Translations under genes and position numbers: made by a program
Shown: positions 1 to 9,440 of the stretch, in pieces
How the letters are laid out: every line of letters begins with the position of its first letter
Numbering within the stretch: position 1 is the stretch's first letter
Notes under the pieces: generated by a model
What the model saw: the letters and a program-made list of their open reading frames with translations, nothing else
Told to the model about the DNA's origin: nothing
Databases searched by the model: none
NCBI GenBank assembly: GCA_044229935.1
Contig: JBGASC010000018.1
Span: 25,496 to 89,495 of the forward strand
Source: Planctomycetota bacterium
Lineage (GTDB): Bacteria > Planctomycetota > UBA1135 > GCA-002686595
DNA length: 64,000 nucleotides
Reading direction: 5' to 3'

Positions 1-426
<426 letters not shown>

Positions 427-428
427 CC

Positions 429-989
429 ATGAGCTACCAAACGATCGTCAAGGACACCCGAGACAAGCTCGACAAGTCGCTGCACCACCTGCAGGACCTC
501 CTGCGCGCGATCCGCACCTCGCGCGCCTCGACCGCGCTGGTCGAGCACATCCGCGTCGACTACTACGGCACGCCGACGCCGATCTCGCAGATGGCGTCGA
601 TCTCGATCCCCGAGCCGCGCCAGATCGTGATCAAGCCCTTCGACGCCTCGGCGCTGATGGAGCTCAACAAGGCCATCCAGAAGTCCGACCTGGGCATCAA
701 CCCGCAGTCCGACGGCAAGATCCTGCGCCTGACGCTGCCGCCGCTCTCGGGCGACCAGCGCAAGAAGTACGCGGCCAAGGTCAAGGAGATCGCCGAGGAG
801 ACGCGCGTCGCGATGCGCAACGCGCGGCGCGACATGAACAAGCACGCCGAGGCCGAGTCCAAGAACGGCGGGCTGACCGAGGACGAGCACAAGAAGCTGC
901 AGGACGAGATCCAGAAGATCCTCAAGGAGTACGAGGACAAGGTCACGCAGGTGCTCGACAAGAAGACCGCCGAGATCATGGAGGTCTGA
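429..989 (+). CDS. frr: ribosome recycling factor
   Basis: ATG 429 lies 2 nt after the pyrH stop (M37 of track ORF 321-989). The product is 186 aa, with IRVDYYGTPTPISQMASIS and LTLPPLSGDQRKKY typical of Frr. Confidence 0.93.
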   Translation: MSYQTIVKDTRDKLDKSLHHLQDLLRAIRTSRASTALVEHIRVDYYGTPTPISQMASISIPEPRQIVIKPFDASALMELNKAIQKSDLGINPQSDGKILRLTLPPLSGDQRKKYAAKVKEIAEETRVAMRNARRDMNKHAEAESKNGGLTEDEHKKLQDEIQKILKEYEDKVTQVLDKKTAEIMEV

Positions 990-1053
990 TCCGCGCGCCC
1001 GCCGGGCGGTGCGCGCCCAGGGCCGCTTCGGGTATCCTCTCGCCCCTCGATCC

Positions 1054-1129
<76 letters not shown>

Positions 1130-1201
1130 CCTCCGGTCGAGGTGCGGACTTGCCTGGCGCGGGGGAGTTGCTATCCTCTCCGCCCTTCTTTCCGAAAACG
1201 T

Positions 1202-1277
1202 GCCCGCGTAGCTCAGTTGGTAGAGCAGGTGACTCTTAATCATCAGGTCCAAGGTTCGAGCCCTTGCGCGGGCACCA
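1202..1277 (+). tRNA. tRNA-Lys (anticodon CUU)
   Basis: Acceptor gcccgcg/cgcgggc, anticodon loop ctCTTaa, T arm caagg-ttcgagc-ccttg, and an encoded CCA end. Confidence 0.9.
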
Positions 1278-1323
1278 TCTCCTTCTCGCGCCGAGTCGAT
1301 TCGGAGGTGGCGGGGAGTCTGAG

Positions 1324-1920
1324 GTGAGCGCGGATGCGCTCGTGTTGTCCGGACGCGCCGACGCCTTCGAGCCGGCCCGCACGTGGACGCTCGGAGCGCG
1401 CGAGTTGCGCCTGGAGTTCGAGGATGGCCGCGTCGACGCGGAGTTCGAGTACGGCGAGATCGCCGAGCTCCGCCTGCGCAGGGCCGGCTCGCGACTGCAG
1501 CCCGAGCGCTGGGCCTGCCGCGTGCGCGCGCGCGACGGACGCGAGCGCGAGCTCGTCAGCCAGCACTGGCTCGGGCCCGGCCGCTTCGAGGACCGCCGCG
1601 AGTCCTACGCGGGGTTCGTGCGCGAGCTGTGCGTGCGCGTCGAGGCCTCGGGCGGCGGAGCGCGCTTCGTCGCGGGCCGGCCGCGGACGCTGCTCGCGCT
1701 CGAGCTCTCGCTGTTCGGTGTGGGGATGGTGGCGCCGATGCTGTTCCCCGGTCTGCTCGGGCTCGACTTCCGCGCGGATCCCTGGCTGTGGTTCGTCTGG
1801 CCGCTGGTGTGCCTGGCGCTGGCCGCTTGGCAGGCACGCAAGCGCCGGGCACAGCCCATCGACGCGAAGGCGATCCCGCCGGAGCTGCTGCCGCCGACGC
1901 AGACGCTGACGCTGCTCTGA
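1324..1920 (+). CDS. hypothetical membrane-anchored protein
   Basis: Based on track ORF 1264-1920. The listed start overlaps tRNA-Lys, so GTG 1324 is the first plausible start. C-terminal hydrophobic segments are LLALELSLFGVGMVAPMLFPGLLGL and WLWFVWPLVCLALAAW. Confidence 0.45.
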   Translation: MSADALVLSGRADAFEPARTWTLGARELRLEFEDGRVDAEFEYGEIAELRLRRAGSRLQPERWACRVRARDGRERELVSQHWLGPGRFEDRRESYAGFVRELCVRVEASGGGARFVAGRPRTLLALELSLFGVGMVAPMLFPGLLGLDFRADPWLWFVWPLVCLALAAWQARKRRAQPIDAKAIPPELLPPTQTLTLL

Positions 1921-1951
1921 GGCTGCGCGCGCGTTCGGCTGGCCGTTGCCC

Positions 1952-2914
1952 TCAGCTCGCCGTCGCCGGCGGCACGCTCGGACGGGCTGCGCTCGAGGCG
2001 CCGCTCTCGCCCAGCCCCGGCACCCCGTCCTCGGGCATCAGTCCGCCGAGCTCGCGGTAGATGCGCGCCCAGTACCTCGCGCGCGTCACGCCGACGAAGC
2101 CCCACAGCGCGGGCATCACGATCGGCAGCACCAGCACGCCGATGCAAGACACGATCAGGGCCGCGACGATCAGGCGCTGCACGATCCACAGCACCAGATC
2201 GAGCAGCGCCGCGCGCGTGGTCGCCCACGGACGATGGCGCGTGATGCGCCAGCCGTGGATCAGCGCCGAGTGCGCGCCGCGGCGGTTGTGGCCCAGGCTC
2301 GACAGCGCCAGCTGGTAGATCACGGAGACCAGCGCGAGGAAGACCAGGAACACGCCGGCGAAGGGTGCGACGAGCGCGACGAAGAGGCCCGAGTCGGGCT
2401 CGATGCCCAGGCCCTTGAAGAAGTAGTAGGGCGGCGCCACCAGCAGCGCGAGGCCGACGCAGCCCATGATCAGCATCTGCAGCGTCAGGCCGAAGCCCGA
2501 GAGCGTGATGCCGCGTCCGGCGCGCCAGGCCTGGGAGAGCGTGCCGACCGAGTTGCGCGCCTCGCGGCGGCTGCCCTCGGGCGTGCTGATCGCGGCGAGG
2601 CCGACGATCAGGCGCACGGGGAAGACGAGCAGCATCAGGCCGAGCGTGACCGCCAGCTGCGTCCCCAGCGCGAGCTTGACGTGCTCGCTCGTCGAGCCGC
2701 CGCTGACGAACACGCCGATGCCGCCGGGCACGAGGTCGAGCGCGGGGTAGGCGATCCCGGCGATCCAGAGCAGGCTCGGCACGCCCGCTTCGCGCGCCGA
2801 GAGCGCCAGCGCCTGGCGCGCCCGCGCCAGCGTCAGCTCCTCGCCCTCGATTCCCAGCCAGCGCGACACGCGCGAGGGCTGCGCGGACGGTTGCGGGCCA
2901 TTTCCCTGGCTCAT
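1952..2914 (-). CDS. polytopic membrane protein of unknown function
   Basis: A 320-aa ORF with several long hydrophobic stretches. It lies 13 nt downstream of pepP on the same strand. Confidence 0.55.
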   Translation of the reverse strand: MSQGNGPQPSAQPSRVSRWLGIEGEELTLARARQALALSAREAGVPSLLWIAGIAYPALDLVPGGIGVFVSGGSTSEHVKLALGTQLAVTLGLMLLVFPVRLIVGLAAISTPEGSRREARNSVGTLSQAWRAGRGITLSGFGLTLQMLIMGCVGLALLVAPPYYFFKGLGIEPDSGLFVALVAPFAGVFLVFLALVSVIYQLALSSLGHNRRGAHSALIHGWRITRHRPWATTRAALLDLVLWIVQRLIVAALIVSCIGVLVLPIVMPALWGFVGVTRARYWARIYRELGGLMPEDGVPGLGESGASSAARPSVPPATAS

Positions 2915-2927
2915 CGCGCGGCGCCGC

Positions 2928-4271
2928 TCAGGAGACGCCGGCCAGCGTGCGGCCCTGGCAGGCGGCCTCGACCTCGTCGATCGTCTTGGGGATGCCGGTG
3001 GTGAGCACCTCGTGGCCCGCCGCGGTGACGAGCAGGTCGTCCTCGATGCGGATGCCGATGCCGCGCCAGCGCGGCTCGACCGTGTCGTCGTCGCTCGCGA
3101 CGTAGCAGCCGGGCTCGATCGTCAGCACCATGCCCGGCTCGAGCGAGCGCGAGGCGCCGTCGACCACGTACGCGCCGCAGTCGTGCACGTCCAGGCCCAG
3201 CCAGTGGCTGGTGCGGTGCATGTAGAAGCGCCGGTAGGCCTCGGTCTCGATCAGCTCCTCGACGCGTCCGGCGAGCAGGCCCAGGCGCACGAAGCCCTCG
3301 GTCAGCACGCGCAGCGCGCGCTCGTGCACCGAGACGAAGCTGACGCCCGGCCGCACGTGCGCGATCGCCGCGAGCTGCGCGTCGAGCACGACCTGGTAGA
3401 GCGCGCGCTGCTCGGGCGAGAAGCGTCCGTTGACCGGGAACGTGCGCGTCACGTCGCTGGCGTAGTACTGCCACTCCGCGCCCGCGTCGATCAGCAGCAG
3501 CTCGCCGTCGACGAGCGTGGCGTCGTTCTCGATGTAGTGCAGCACGCAGGCGTTCGCCCCGCCCGCGACGATGCTGGTGTAGGCCGCGCCGCTCGAGCCG
3601 CGGCGGCGGAAGGTGTGCTCGAGCAGCGCGTCGAGCTCGAACTCGCGCTGGCCCGGCCGGCACTCGCGCATCGCGGCGAGGTGCGCCTCGCGCGTGATCG
3701 CGGCCGCGCGGCGCATGCGCTCGAGCTCCTCGGGCGACTTGAACAGGCGCAGCTCGTGCGTGAACGGCGCCACGTCGAGCAGCTCCAGCGGCGGCACGAC
3801 CATGCCGCGCGCGGCCCAGCGCAGCTTGGTCAGCACCTCGAGCAGCCGATGGTCGCGCTCGGGCTCGAGCCCGGTGCGCGTGACGATGCGCTGGTAGTTC
3901 TTCAGGAGCAGCGGCAGGTCGTCCCACAGCCGCTCGATCGGCCGCGCCTCGTCGACCAGCAGTCGCGCGGGCGCGGCCTCCAGTCCCAGGCGCCGGCCGG
4001 TCCAGATCTCGCGCTCGCGGTCCTTCTCGCGCAGGTAGAGCACCGCGCGCGCCGGGGCGTTGCCTTCCAGCGGCGGCAGGATCAGCAGCGCGCTCTCGGG
4101 CTCGGCGAAGCCGGTCAGCCACCAGAAGTCGCTCTCGGGCCGGAAGCGGTACTCGCTGTCGTGGTTGCGCACCTTGTGCGCGGCGGTGAAGAACAGGCCG
4201 GCCGCCCTGCGCGCGGCGAGGCGCTCGGCGAGGCGCTGGCGGTGCGTGCGGTGGAGCGCGGGATCGGACAT
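2928..4271 (-). CDS. pepP: Xaa-Pro aminopeptidase (M24B)
   Basis: 447 aa with M24 metal-ligand context LLIDAGAEWQYYASDVTRTF, HRTSHWLGLDVHD, GMVLTIEPG and GIGIRIEDD. Confidence 0.88.
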   Translation of the reverse strand: MSDPALHRTHRQRLAERLAARRAAGLFFTAAHKVRNHDSEYRFRPESDFWWLTGFAEPESALLILPPLEGNAPARAVLYLREKDREREIWTGRRLGLEAAPARLLVDEARPIERLWDDLPLLLKNYQRIVTRTGLEPERDHRLLEVLTKLRWAARGMVVPPLELLDVAPFTHELRLFKSPEELERMRRAAAITREAHLAAMRECRPGQREFELDALLEHTFRRRGSSGAAYTSIVAGGANACVLHYIENDATLVDGELLLIDAGAEWQYYASDVTRTFPVNGRFSPEQRALYQVVLDAQLAAIAHVRPGVSFVSVHERALRVLTEGFVRLGLLAGRVEELIETEAYRRFYMHRTSHWLGLDVHDCGAYVVDGASRSLEPGMVLTIEPGCYVASDDDTVEPRWRGIGIRIEDDLLVTAAGHEVLTTGIPKTIDEVEAACQGRTLAGVS

Positions 4272-4290
4272 GTCTGGGGTGCTCGTGCGC

Positions 4291-5919
4291 TCAGGGTTTC
4301 GCGGCGAGCGGGGCGGTGGCCGAGGCGGATGCGGCAGCCTTCTCCGCGGCCTTCTCGGCCGCCTCGTCGATCAGCTTGCCGAAGTAGGCCGGCATCTCGA
4401 CGCCGCCGATGTCCTTCATCATGTGCATCATCGGCGGCAGCGAGCCGGCGACGCCGCGCAGGAAGTTCCCGGTCGCATTGGTGCCGTCCTTGGTCGAGCC
4501 GCCGTCCCAGACGACGACCTTGTCGAACTTGACGTTGCTGATCGCCTGCGCCGCGGTCTTCGCCAGGCCGTCGATGTGCTCGAGCATCAGCAGCTGGAAG
4601 GCCTGCTGCGAGCCGCCGCAGCTCTCGATGATGCGCTTCAGGCCGTCGCCCTTCTTGGCCAGGATCTCGAACTCGCCCTTGGCCTGCGCCGCCAGGCGCG
4701 CGTAGATCGCCGCGGCCTCGCCCTCGGCCTCGATGCGGCGCTTCTCGGCCATCGCCTCGGCGTCGACGATCGTCTGCGCCTTGACGGCGCGCGCCAGCGA
4801 CTCGAGCTCGGCGCGCTTCTCGGCCTCGATCTTCTTGCCCTGCGCCTCGGCCGCCTTGGCCTGCGCGACGTACTGGGCCTCGAGCACCTTGGCCTGCGCC
4901 TCGCGCTGGCGCGTCTCGCCGATCTGGTAGGCGTCGGCCTCGCGCACGCGCAGCTCGGCGTTGGTGCCCGCGATCTCGGCCTTGGACTTGTTCTCGCCCG
5001 CGACGGCCTTGGCGTTGGCCTCCGCGACGGCGACGCGCATGACGCGCTCGGCCTCGCGCACCTGCGCCTCGCGCTCGAAGGCGGCCTTCTGCTCGCCGAT
5101 CGTGCGCTCCTTCTCGAGCTCGGCCACGCGCACGGCGCGCTCGCGTTCGGCGTCCTTGGTGCCGATGTCGCGCAGCTTCTCGTTGTTGGCGACCTCGATC
5201 TGGCGGTCCTTGCTGGCGGCCGCGACGCCGATCGCGCCGAGCTTCTCCTGGTGCGCGACGTCGATCTGCGCCTGCTGGATCGCCTCGGAGGCGGCCTTCT
5301 TGCCGATCGCCTCGATGTAGCCCGACTCGTCGCTGATGTCCTTGATGTTGACGTTCAGCAGCACGAGGCCGATCTTCTTCAGCTCCGGCTCGAGCGAGCT
5401 CTGGATCTTCGAGAGGAAGGTGTCGCGGTCCTTGTTGATCTCGTCGATCTTCATCGACGCGATCACCTGGCGCAGCTGGCCCAGGATCATGTCCTCGGCG
5501 AGCTTCATGATCGCGCGCGGATCCAGGCCGAGCAGGCGGATCGCCGCGTTGTTCATGGTCTCCTCGTCGGTGCCGATCGCGACGGTGAAGACGCTCGGCA
5601 CGTTGACGCGGATGTTCTCGATCGAGAGCGCGCCCGAGAGCGGGATCTCGATCTGCATCGGGTCGAGGGAGAGGAAGGCGTAGTCGCGGATCAGCGGCAT
5701 CACGAACGTGCCGCCGCCGTGCAGGCACTTGGCCGAGCGCCCCGCGCTGGTCTTGCCGTAGACGACCAGGATGCGGTTCGACGGGCAGCGCTTGTAGCGC
5801 CGCACGAAGACCATCAGGAAGCTGAAGACGACCAGCGCGGTGAGCGCGATGCCGACGAACCAGGCCAGCGCGGTGCCTTCGGGGAGGATCTGGAGCGTTG
5901 CGAGGGGAAGTGCGTGCAT
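4291..5919 (-). CDS. flotillin-like SPFH/band-7 protein (YqiK/FloT type)
   Basis: 542 aa with an N-terminal TM anchor, an SPFH core, and a long Ala/Glu/Lys-rich coiled-coil (EA repeats). An NfeD-like gene lies immediately upstream. Confidence 0.88.
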   Translation of the reverse strand: MHALPLATLQILPEGTALAWFVGIALTALVVFSFLMVFVRRYKRCPSNRILVVYGKTSAGRSAKCLHGGGTFVMPLIRDYAFLSLDPMQIEIPLSGALSIENIRVNVPSVFTVAIGTDEETMNNAAIRLLGLDPRAIMKLAEDMILGQLRQVIASMKIDEINKDRDTFLSKIQSSLEPELKKIGLVLLNVNIKDISDESGYIEAIGKKAASEAIQQAQIDVAHQEKLGAIGVAAASKDRQIEVANNEKLRDIGTKDAERERAVRVAELEKERTIGEQKAAFEREAQVREAERVMRVAVAEANAKAVAGENKSKAEIAGTNAELRVREADAYQIGETRQREAQAKVLEAQYVAQAKAAEAQGKKIEAEKRAELESLARAVKAQTIVDAEAMAEKRRIEAEGEAAAIYARLAAQAKGEFEILAKKGDGLKRIIESCGGSQQAFQLLMLEHIDGLAKTAAQAISNVKFDKVVVWDGGSTKDGTNATGNFLRGVAGSLPPMMHMMKDIGGVEMPAYFGKLIDEAAEKAAEKAAASASATAPLAAKP

Positions 5920-5926
5920 GGTTCGT

Positions 5927-6472
5927 TCAGGCGAGCGGTTCGACTTCGAAGGTGTCGGAGGTGATCAGCTTGGCGATGCGCACCTCGGCGCCGGTGGGGA
6001 TCTCGGCCCCGCGCGTGCAGGCGTGGAACTCCGCGGTTCGGCCCTGCAGCACGAGCGTGATCTTGCCCTTGCCGGCGTTGTTGGCCGGGATGCGCAGGTA
6101 GACGTGCGCCACCGCGCCGACGGCGTTCTGCGGCTCGAGGTTGCCCTCCGAGTGCATCTTGGTCGGCAGGCGGAAGAGCAGCGCCACGCCGATCAGCATC
6201 ACGGTGCCGGCGAACAGGCCGACCGCCAGCGAGGCGTACGGGTTCCAGCCCGCCTTGAGCGCGCCCCAGCTCGCGAGGCCGAAGAAGGCGATGAAGGCCG
6301 AGACCGAGCGCACCGAGATCAGGTTCGCTGCCGCATCGTGCCCGGCCGGATCGCCGACATCGTGGTGCATGTCGCCGTGGTCGCCGCCGAAGAGCGACAT
6401 CACGGTCTGCAGCGCGAGCACGACGCCGCCGAAGACGGCGCAGCCCAGGCACAGCATTTCGATCCAGTTCAT
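5927..6472 (-). CDS. NfeD-like membrane protein (YqiJ-like partner of flotillin)
   Basis: ATG 6472 (M31 of track ORF 5927-6562) gives MNWIEMLCLGCAVFGG. The product has TM helices plus a C-terminal OB-like segment GKGKITLVLQGRTAEFHA..GAEVRIAKL. Its stop is 7 nt upstream of the flotillin start. Confidence 0.75.
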   Translation of the reverse strand: MNWIEMLCLGCAVFGGVVLALQTVMSLFGGDHGDMHHDVGDPAGHDAAANLISVRSVSAFIAFFGLASWGALKAGWNPYASLAVGLFAGTVMLIGVALLFRLPTKMHSEGNLEPQNAVGAVAHVYLRIPANNAGKGKITLVLQGRTAEFHACTRGAEIPTGAEVRIAKLITSDTFEVEPLA

Positions 6473-6602
6473 GGGGCGAGGCTCCGGGGGGCGCGGGGGG
6501 GAGGTCGGGAGGCCGCTGAGCGTACTGAGCGGCGGGTCGCGCGTCACGAACCGCCCGCACACGGGAGCTGCAGGGGGCCTACGCGCCTCGCGCGGCCGGC
6601 AT

Positions 6603-7622
6603 TCAGTGCGGCGCGAGCACGAAGCGCTCGATCATCCCGCACAGGTCGGCGATGCGCAGCGCGCGCTCGGCGGGCTGCGTGAGGTCGATGCGCAGGCCGG
6701 GCGGGATCGGCTGCGTCCCGCGCACCCAGACCGTCGCGCCGAGCTCCAGCGGCGGCGCCTTCCAGCTCGCGGCGATCGCGGCGAGCAGCGCGGCCTCGGC
6801 GTCGCCGGGCAAGAGCTCGAGCACGAGCCCCTGTCGGCGCACGAGCTCGGGCAGCTTCGCGGGCACGTGCTCGGGCCCGCGGATGGGGCGCGGCTCGAGC
6901 CGGCCGTAGAGCGTGTGCGGCTCGTCGCCCGGCTTGAGCTCGACGCGCAACGCGCTGCCGTGCGTCTCCTGCGCGTACCAGTCGATGTACTCGTTGGCGA
7001 AGACGTAGCCCGCCTCGCAGGGGAGCACGACGCCCACTGTGCAGCCCTCGCCCGCGACGTGCGCGAGCTCGACCACGACGCCGTCGTATTCGAGCGCCAC
7101 GCGCAGCGCGAGCGTGGCCTTGCCGACGTGCAGGGCGGCGAGCTTCATCTCGCGCCGCTCGATGCGCCCGGGCGGCGCGTCGCCCCTGGCCGGCGGCAGC
7201 GCGGGACGCAGCTCGACGCCGTCGGGCAGCGCGCCGGCGAAGCCGTCTGGGCCGAGCGGCGCCGCTGCGTCCGCACCGGGCAGGAAGCGCGGCAGGAGGC
7301 CGGCGAGCAGCTCTGGATCCCCGCCGCAGCGCGCGAAGTGCTGCCAGGCCTGCTCCCAGCGCGCCTGCTCGAGCGCGAAGAGCGCGAGGCGCGCCTCGTG
7401 CTCGGGCTCGGGCGCCGCCGCTGCGCGCGCGGCCGCGAGATCGGCGCTCCACGCGCTCCAGCTCTCGCTCGCGCGCCAGGATCCGATCGCGACGCGCCGG
7501 GCTGCCACGCCGCCGTGCAGCGCCGCCGCGGCGCGCTCCGCGCCGGTCCCCTCGGGCAGGACCCGCGGCGGCGGCGCATCCTGTGCGGCGGCGAGCAGCA
7601 GGGCGGCCAGGAGCGGGAGCAT
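6603..7622 (-). CDS. secreted hypothetical protein
   Basis: A 339-aa ORF with a signal-like N-terminus MLPLLAALLLAAAQD. No motif was recognised. Confidence 0.55.
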   Translation of the reverse strand: MLPLLAALLLAAAQDAPPPRVLPEGTGAERAAAALHGGVAARRVAIGSWRASESWSAWSADLAAARAAAAPEPEHEARLALFALEQARWEQAWQHFARCGGDPELLAGLLPRFLPGADAAAPLGPDGFAGALPDGVELRPALPPARGDAPPGRIERREMKLAALHVGKATLALRVALEYDGVVVELAHVAGEGCTVGVVLPCEAGYVFANEYIDWYAQETHGSALRVELKPGDEPHTLYGRLEPRPIRGPEHVPAKLPELVRRQGLVLELLPGDAEAALLAAIAASWKAPPLELGATVWVRGTQPIPPGLRIDLTQPAERALRIADLCGMIERFVLAPH

Positions 7623-7693
7623 CGCCAGACACTCGCCGGCCGCGCGCGGGCTGTCAAGCGCCGCACTTGAGCTCGCGCCCGCGATCGGCGAGC

Positions 7694-7951
7694 ATGGGCC
7701 GCGTGATCGACAAGGACCTCCTCGCCATCCTCGCCTGCCCCGCGACCCACCAGCCGCTCGCCGAGGCCAGCGCCGAGCTCGTGCAGCGAACCAACGCGCG
7801 CATCGCCACCGGCACGCTCAAGACGGTCGGCGGCACGCCGGTCAAGGAGGCGCTGCAGGCCGGGCTCGTGCGCCAGGACGGCAAGGTGCTCTACCCCGTG
7901 CGCGACGACATCCCGGTGCTCCTGATCGACGAAGGCCTCGCGCTGGCCTAG
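7694..7951 (+). CDS. Trm112/YcaR (UPF0434) family small protein
   Basis: ATG 7694 (M38 of track ORF 7583-7951). The family signatures LLAILACPATHQPL and YPVRDDIPVLLIDE are present. Confidence 0.8.
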   Translation: MGRVIDKDLLAILACPATHQPLAEASAELVQRTNARIATGTLKTVGGTPVKEALQAGLVRQDGKVLYPVRDDIPVLLIDEGLALA

Positions 7952-7961
7952 CGGGGGCGCC

Positions 7962-9230
7962 GTGCTCTGGACGCACCGCGATCATCCGGGCCGGTGCGTG
8001 CGCCTTGCGTACTGCCTGAACGTGCACGCCGCGGAGACGCTGCGCGAGCTCCAGGCGGGCCTCGCGTCGATCACCCTCCCGCTGCGCGACCGGCTGGCGC
8101 GAGCGGACGAGCACTTCGGCGTCGGCCTGTACCTCTCCGGGGCGCTCGTGCGCGAGCTCCCGGCCGGCTCGCGCGGCATCCGGGAGCTCGCGGAGTTCCT
8201 CGCGCGCGAACGCCTCGACGCCTTCACGTTCAACGCCTTCCCCTTCGGCGGGTTCGCGGCGGACGGCCTCAAGGAGCGCGTCTTCGAGCCGACCTGGGCC
8301 AGGCCCGAACGGCTGGAGTACACGCGCGAGGTCGCGCGCCTCGCGGCCGAGCTCGATCCCTCGCGCGGCCCGACGCGACACGTCTCGATCAGCACGCACA
8401 CCGGCGGCTTCGGCGCGGCGTTCGCGCACCGCGAGCGCGAGTACTGGGCGGGCCTGGGCGCGGTCGCGAACGAGCTCGACCTGCTCGAGCAGGCGACGGG
8501 CACGCGCTTCGTGCTGTCGCTCGAGGCCGAGCCGGGCGCGAACGCCGGCGACACGAGCGCGCTCGCCCGCTTCTTCCGGCGCTGGTCGGAAGAGCTCCTG
8601 GACGACGAGCACGGCCTGGGGCGGGAGCTGACGCGCCGCGTCTTCGAACGCTGCATCGGCGTGTGCCTCGACGCCTGCCACTCGGCGGTCGAGTTCGAGT
8701 CGCCGCCGCTGGTGCTCGAGCTCGTGCGCCGCGCGGGCGTGCTCGGCAAGCTGCAGTACACCAGCGCGCTCGCGCTCCCGGCTCCCGCGCGCGATCCGCG
8801 CGCCGTGGCGCGTCTGCTCGCGCTCGACGAGCCGCGCTACCTGCACCAGGTGCGCGGCCGCCTGGGCGCGCGCACGCTCGGGGCGCGCGACCTCGCCGAG
8901 CTCGGGCGCGCGCTGCGCGAGCCCGAGTCGGCCCGCGAGTGGCTCGACTGCGAGGAGTGGCGCTGCCACTTCCACGTCCCCGTCGACCGCGCGGAGTTCG
9001 GGCCGGGCCTCGCGACCACCCGGGCGCACGCCGAGGAGCTGCTCGGCCTCCTGCTGGCCGACCCCGCGCGCTGGGACACGCCCGAGCTGCACGTCGAGAT
9101 CGAGACCTACACCTGGGACGTGCTTCCGGGCTCCTCGCGCGCGAGCGGGGCGCTGGTCGACGGCCTGGAGCGCGAATACCGCCACGTGATGGGGGAGCTG
9201 GAGGCGGCCGGTTGGACCCGACCGGGTTGA
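7962..9230 (+). CDS. xylose-isomerase-like TIM-barrel protein, EboE-like
   Basis: 422 aa. The N-terminal pattern RLAYCLNVHAAETLRELQ resembles the YC.N.H..E start I recall for EboE metabolite traffic proteins. The assignment is from memory only. Confidence 0.5.
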   Translation: MLWTHRDHPGRCVRLAYCLNVHAAETLRELQAGLASITLPLRDRLARADEHFGVGLYLSGALVRELPAGSRGIRELAEFLARERLDAFTFNAFPFGGFAADGLKERVFEPTWARPERLEYTREVARLAAELDPSRGPTRHVSISTHTGGFGAAFAHREREYWAGLGAVANELDLLEQATGTRFVLSLEAEPGANAGDTSALARFFRRWSEELLDDEHGLGRELTRRVFERCIGVCLDACHSAVEFESPPLVLELVRRAGVLGKLQYTSALALPAPARDPRAVARLLALDEPRYLHQVRGRLGARTLGARDLAELGRALREPESAREWLDCEEWRCHFHVPVDRAEFGPGLATTRAHAEELLGLLLADPARWDTPELHVEIETYTWDVLPGSSRASGALVDGLEREYRHVMGELEAAGWTRPG

Positions 9231-9306
9231 CAGCGCCCCCGCCGGACACTACCTTTCCGCGCTCTCTGAAGTGCCGCGAGGCGCTTCGGAGCCACGTCGA
9301 ACACGT

Positions 9307-9384
9307 GGCCCCATCGTCTAGCCAGGCCTAGGACACCAGGTTTTCATCCTGGCGACAGGGGTTCAAATCCCCTTGGGGTCACCA
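9307..9384 (+). tRNA. tRNA-Glu (anticodon UUC)
   Basis: Acceptor ggcccca/tggggtc, anticodon stem ccagg/cctgg with loop ttTTCat, T arm agggg-ttcaaat-cccct, and an encoded CCA end. Confidence 0.9.
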
Positions 9385-9440
9385 TTCCACTGGAGCCCGT
9401 TCCTCCGCTCGCGGGGGAGCGGGCTCCGTTCGTTGGCGGG

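Noticed and set aside
1142-1566. Track ORFs 1142-1327 (+) and 1243-1566 (-) around the tRNA-Lys genes.
   Set aside because: They overlap the two tRNA genes and have no coding features, so they are treated as artefacts.
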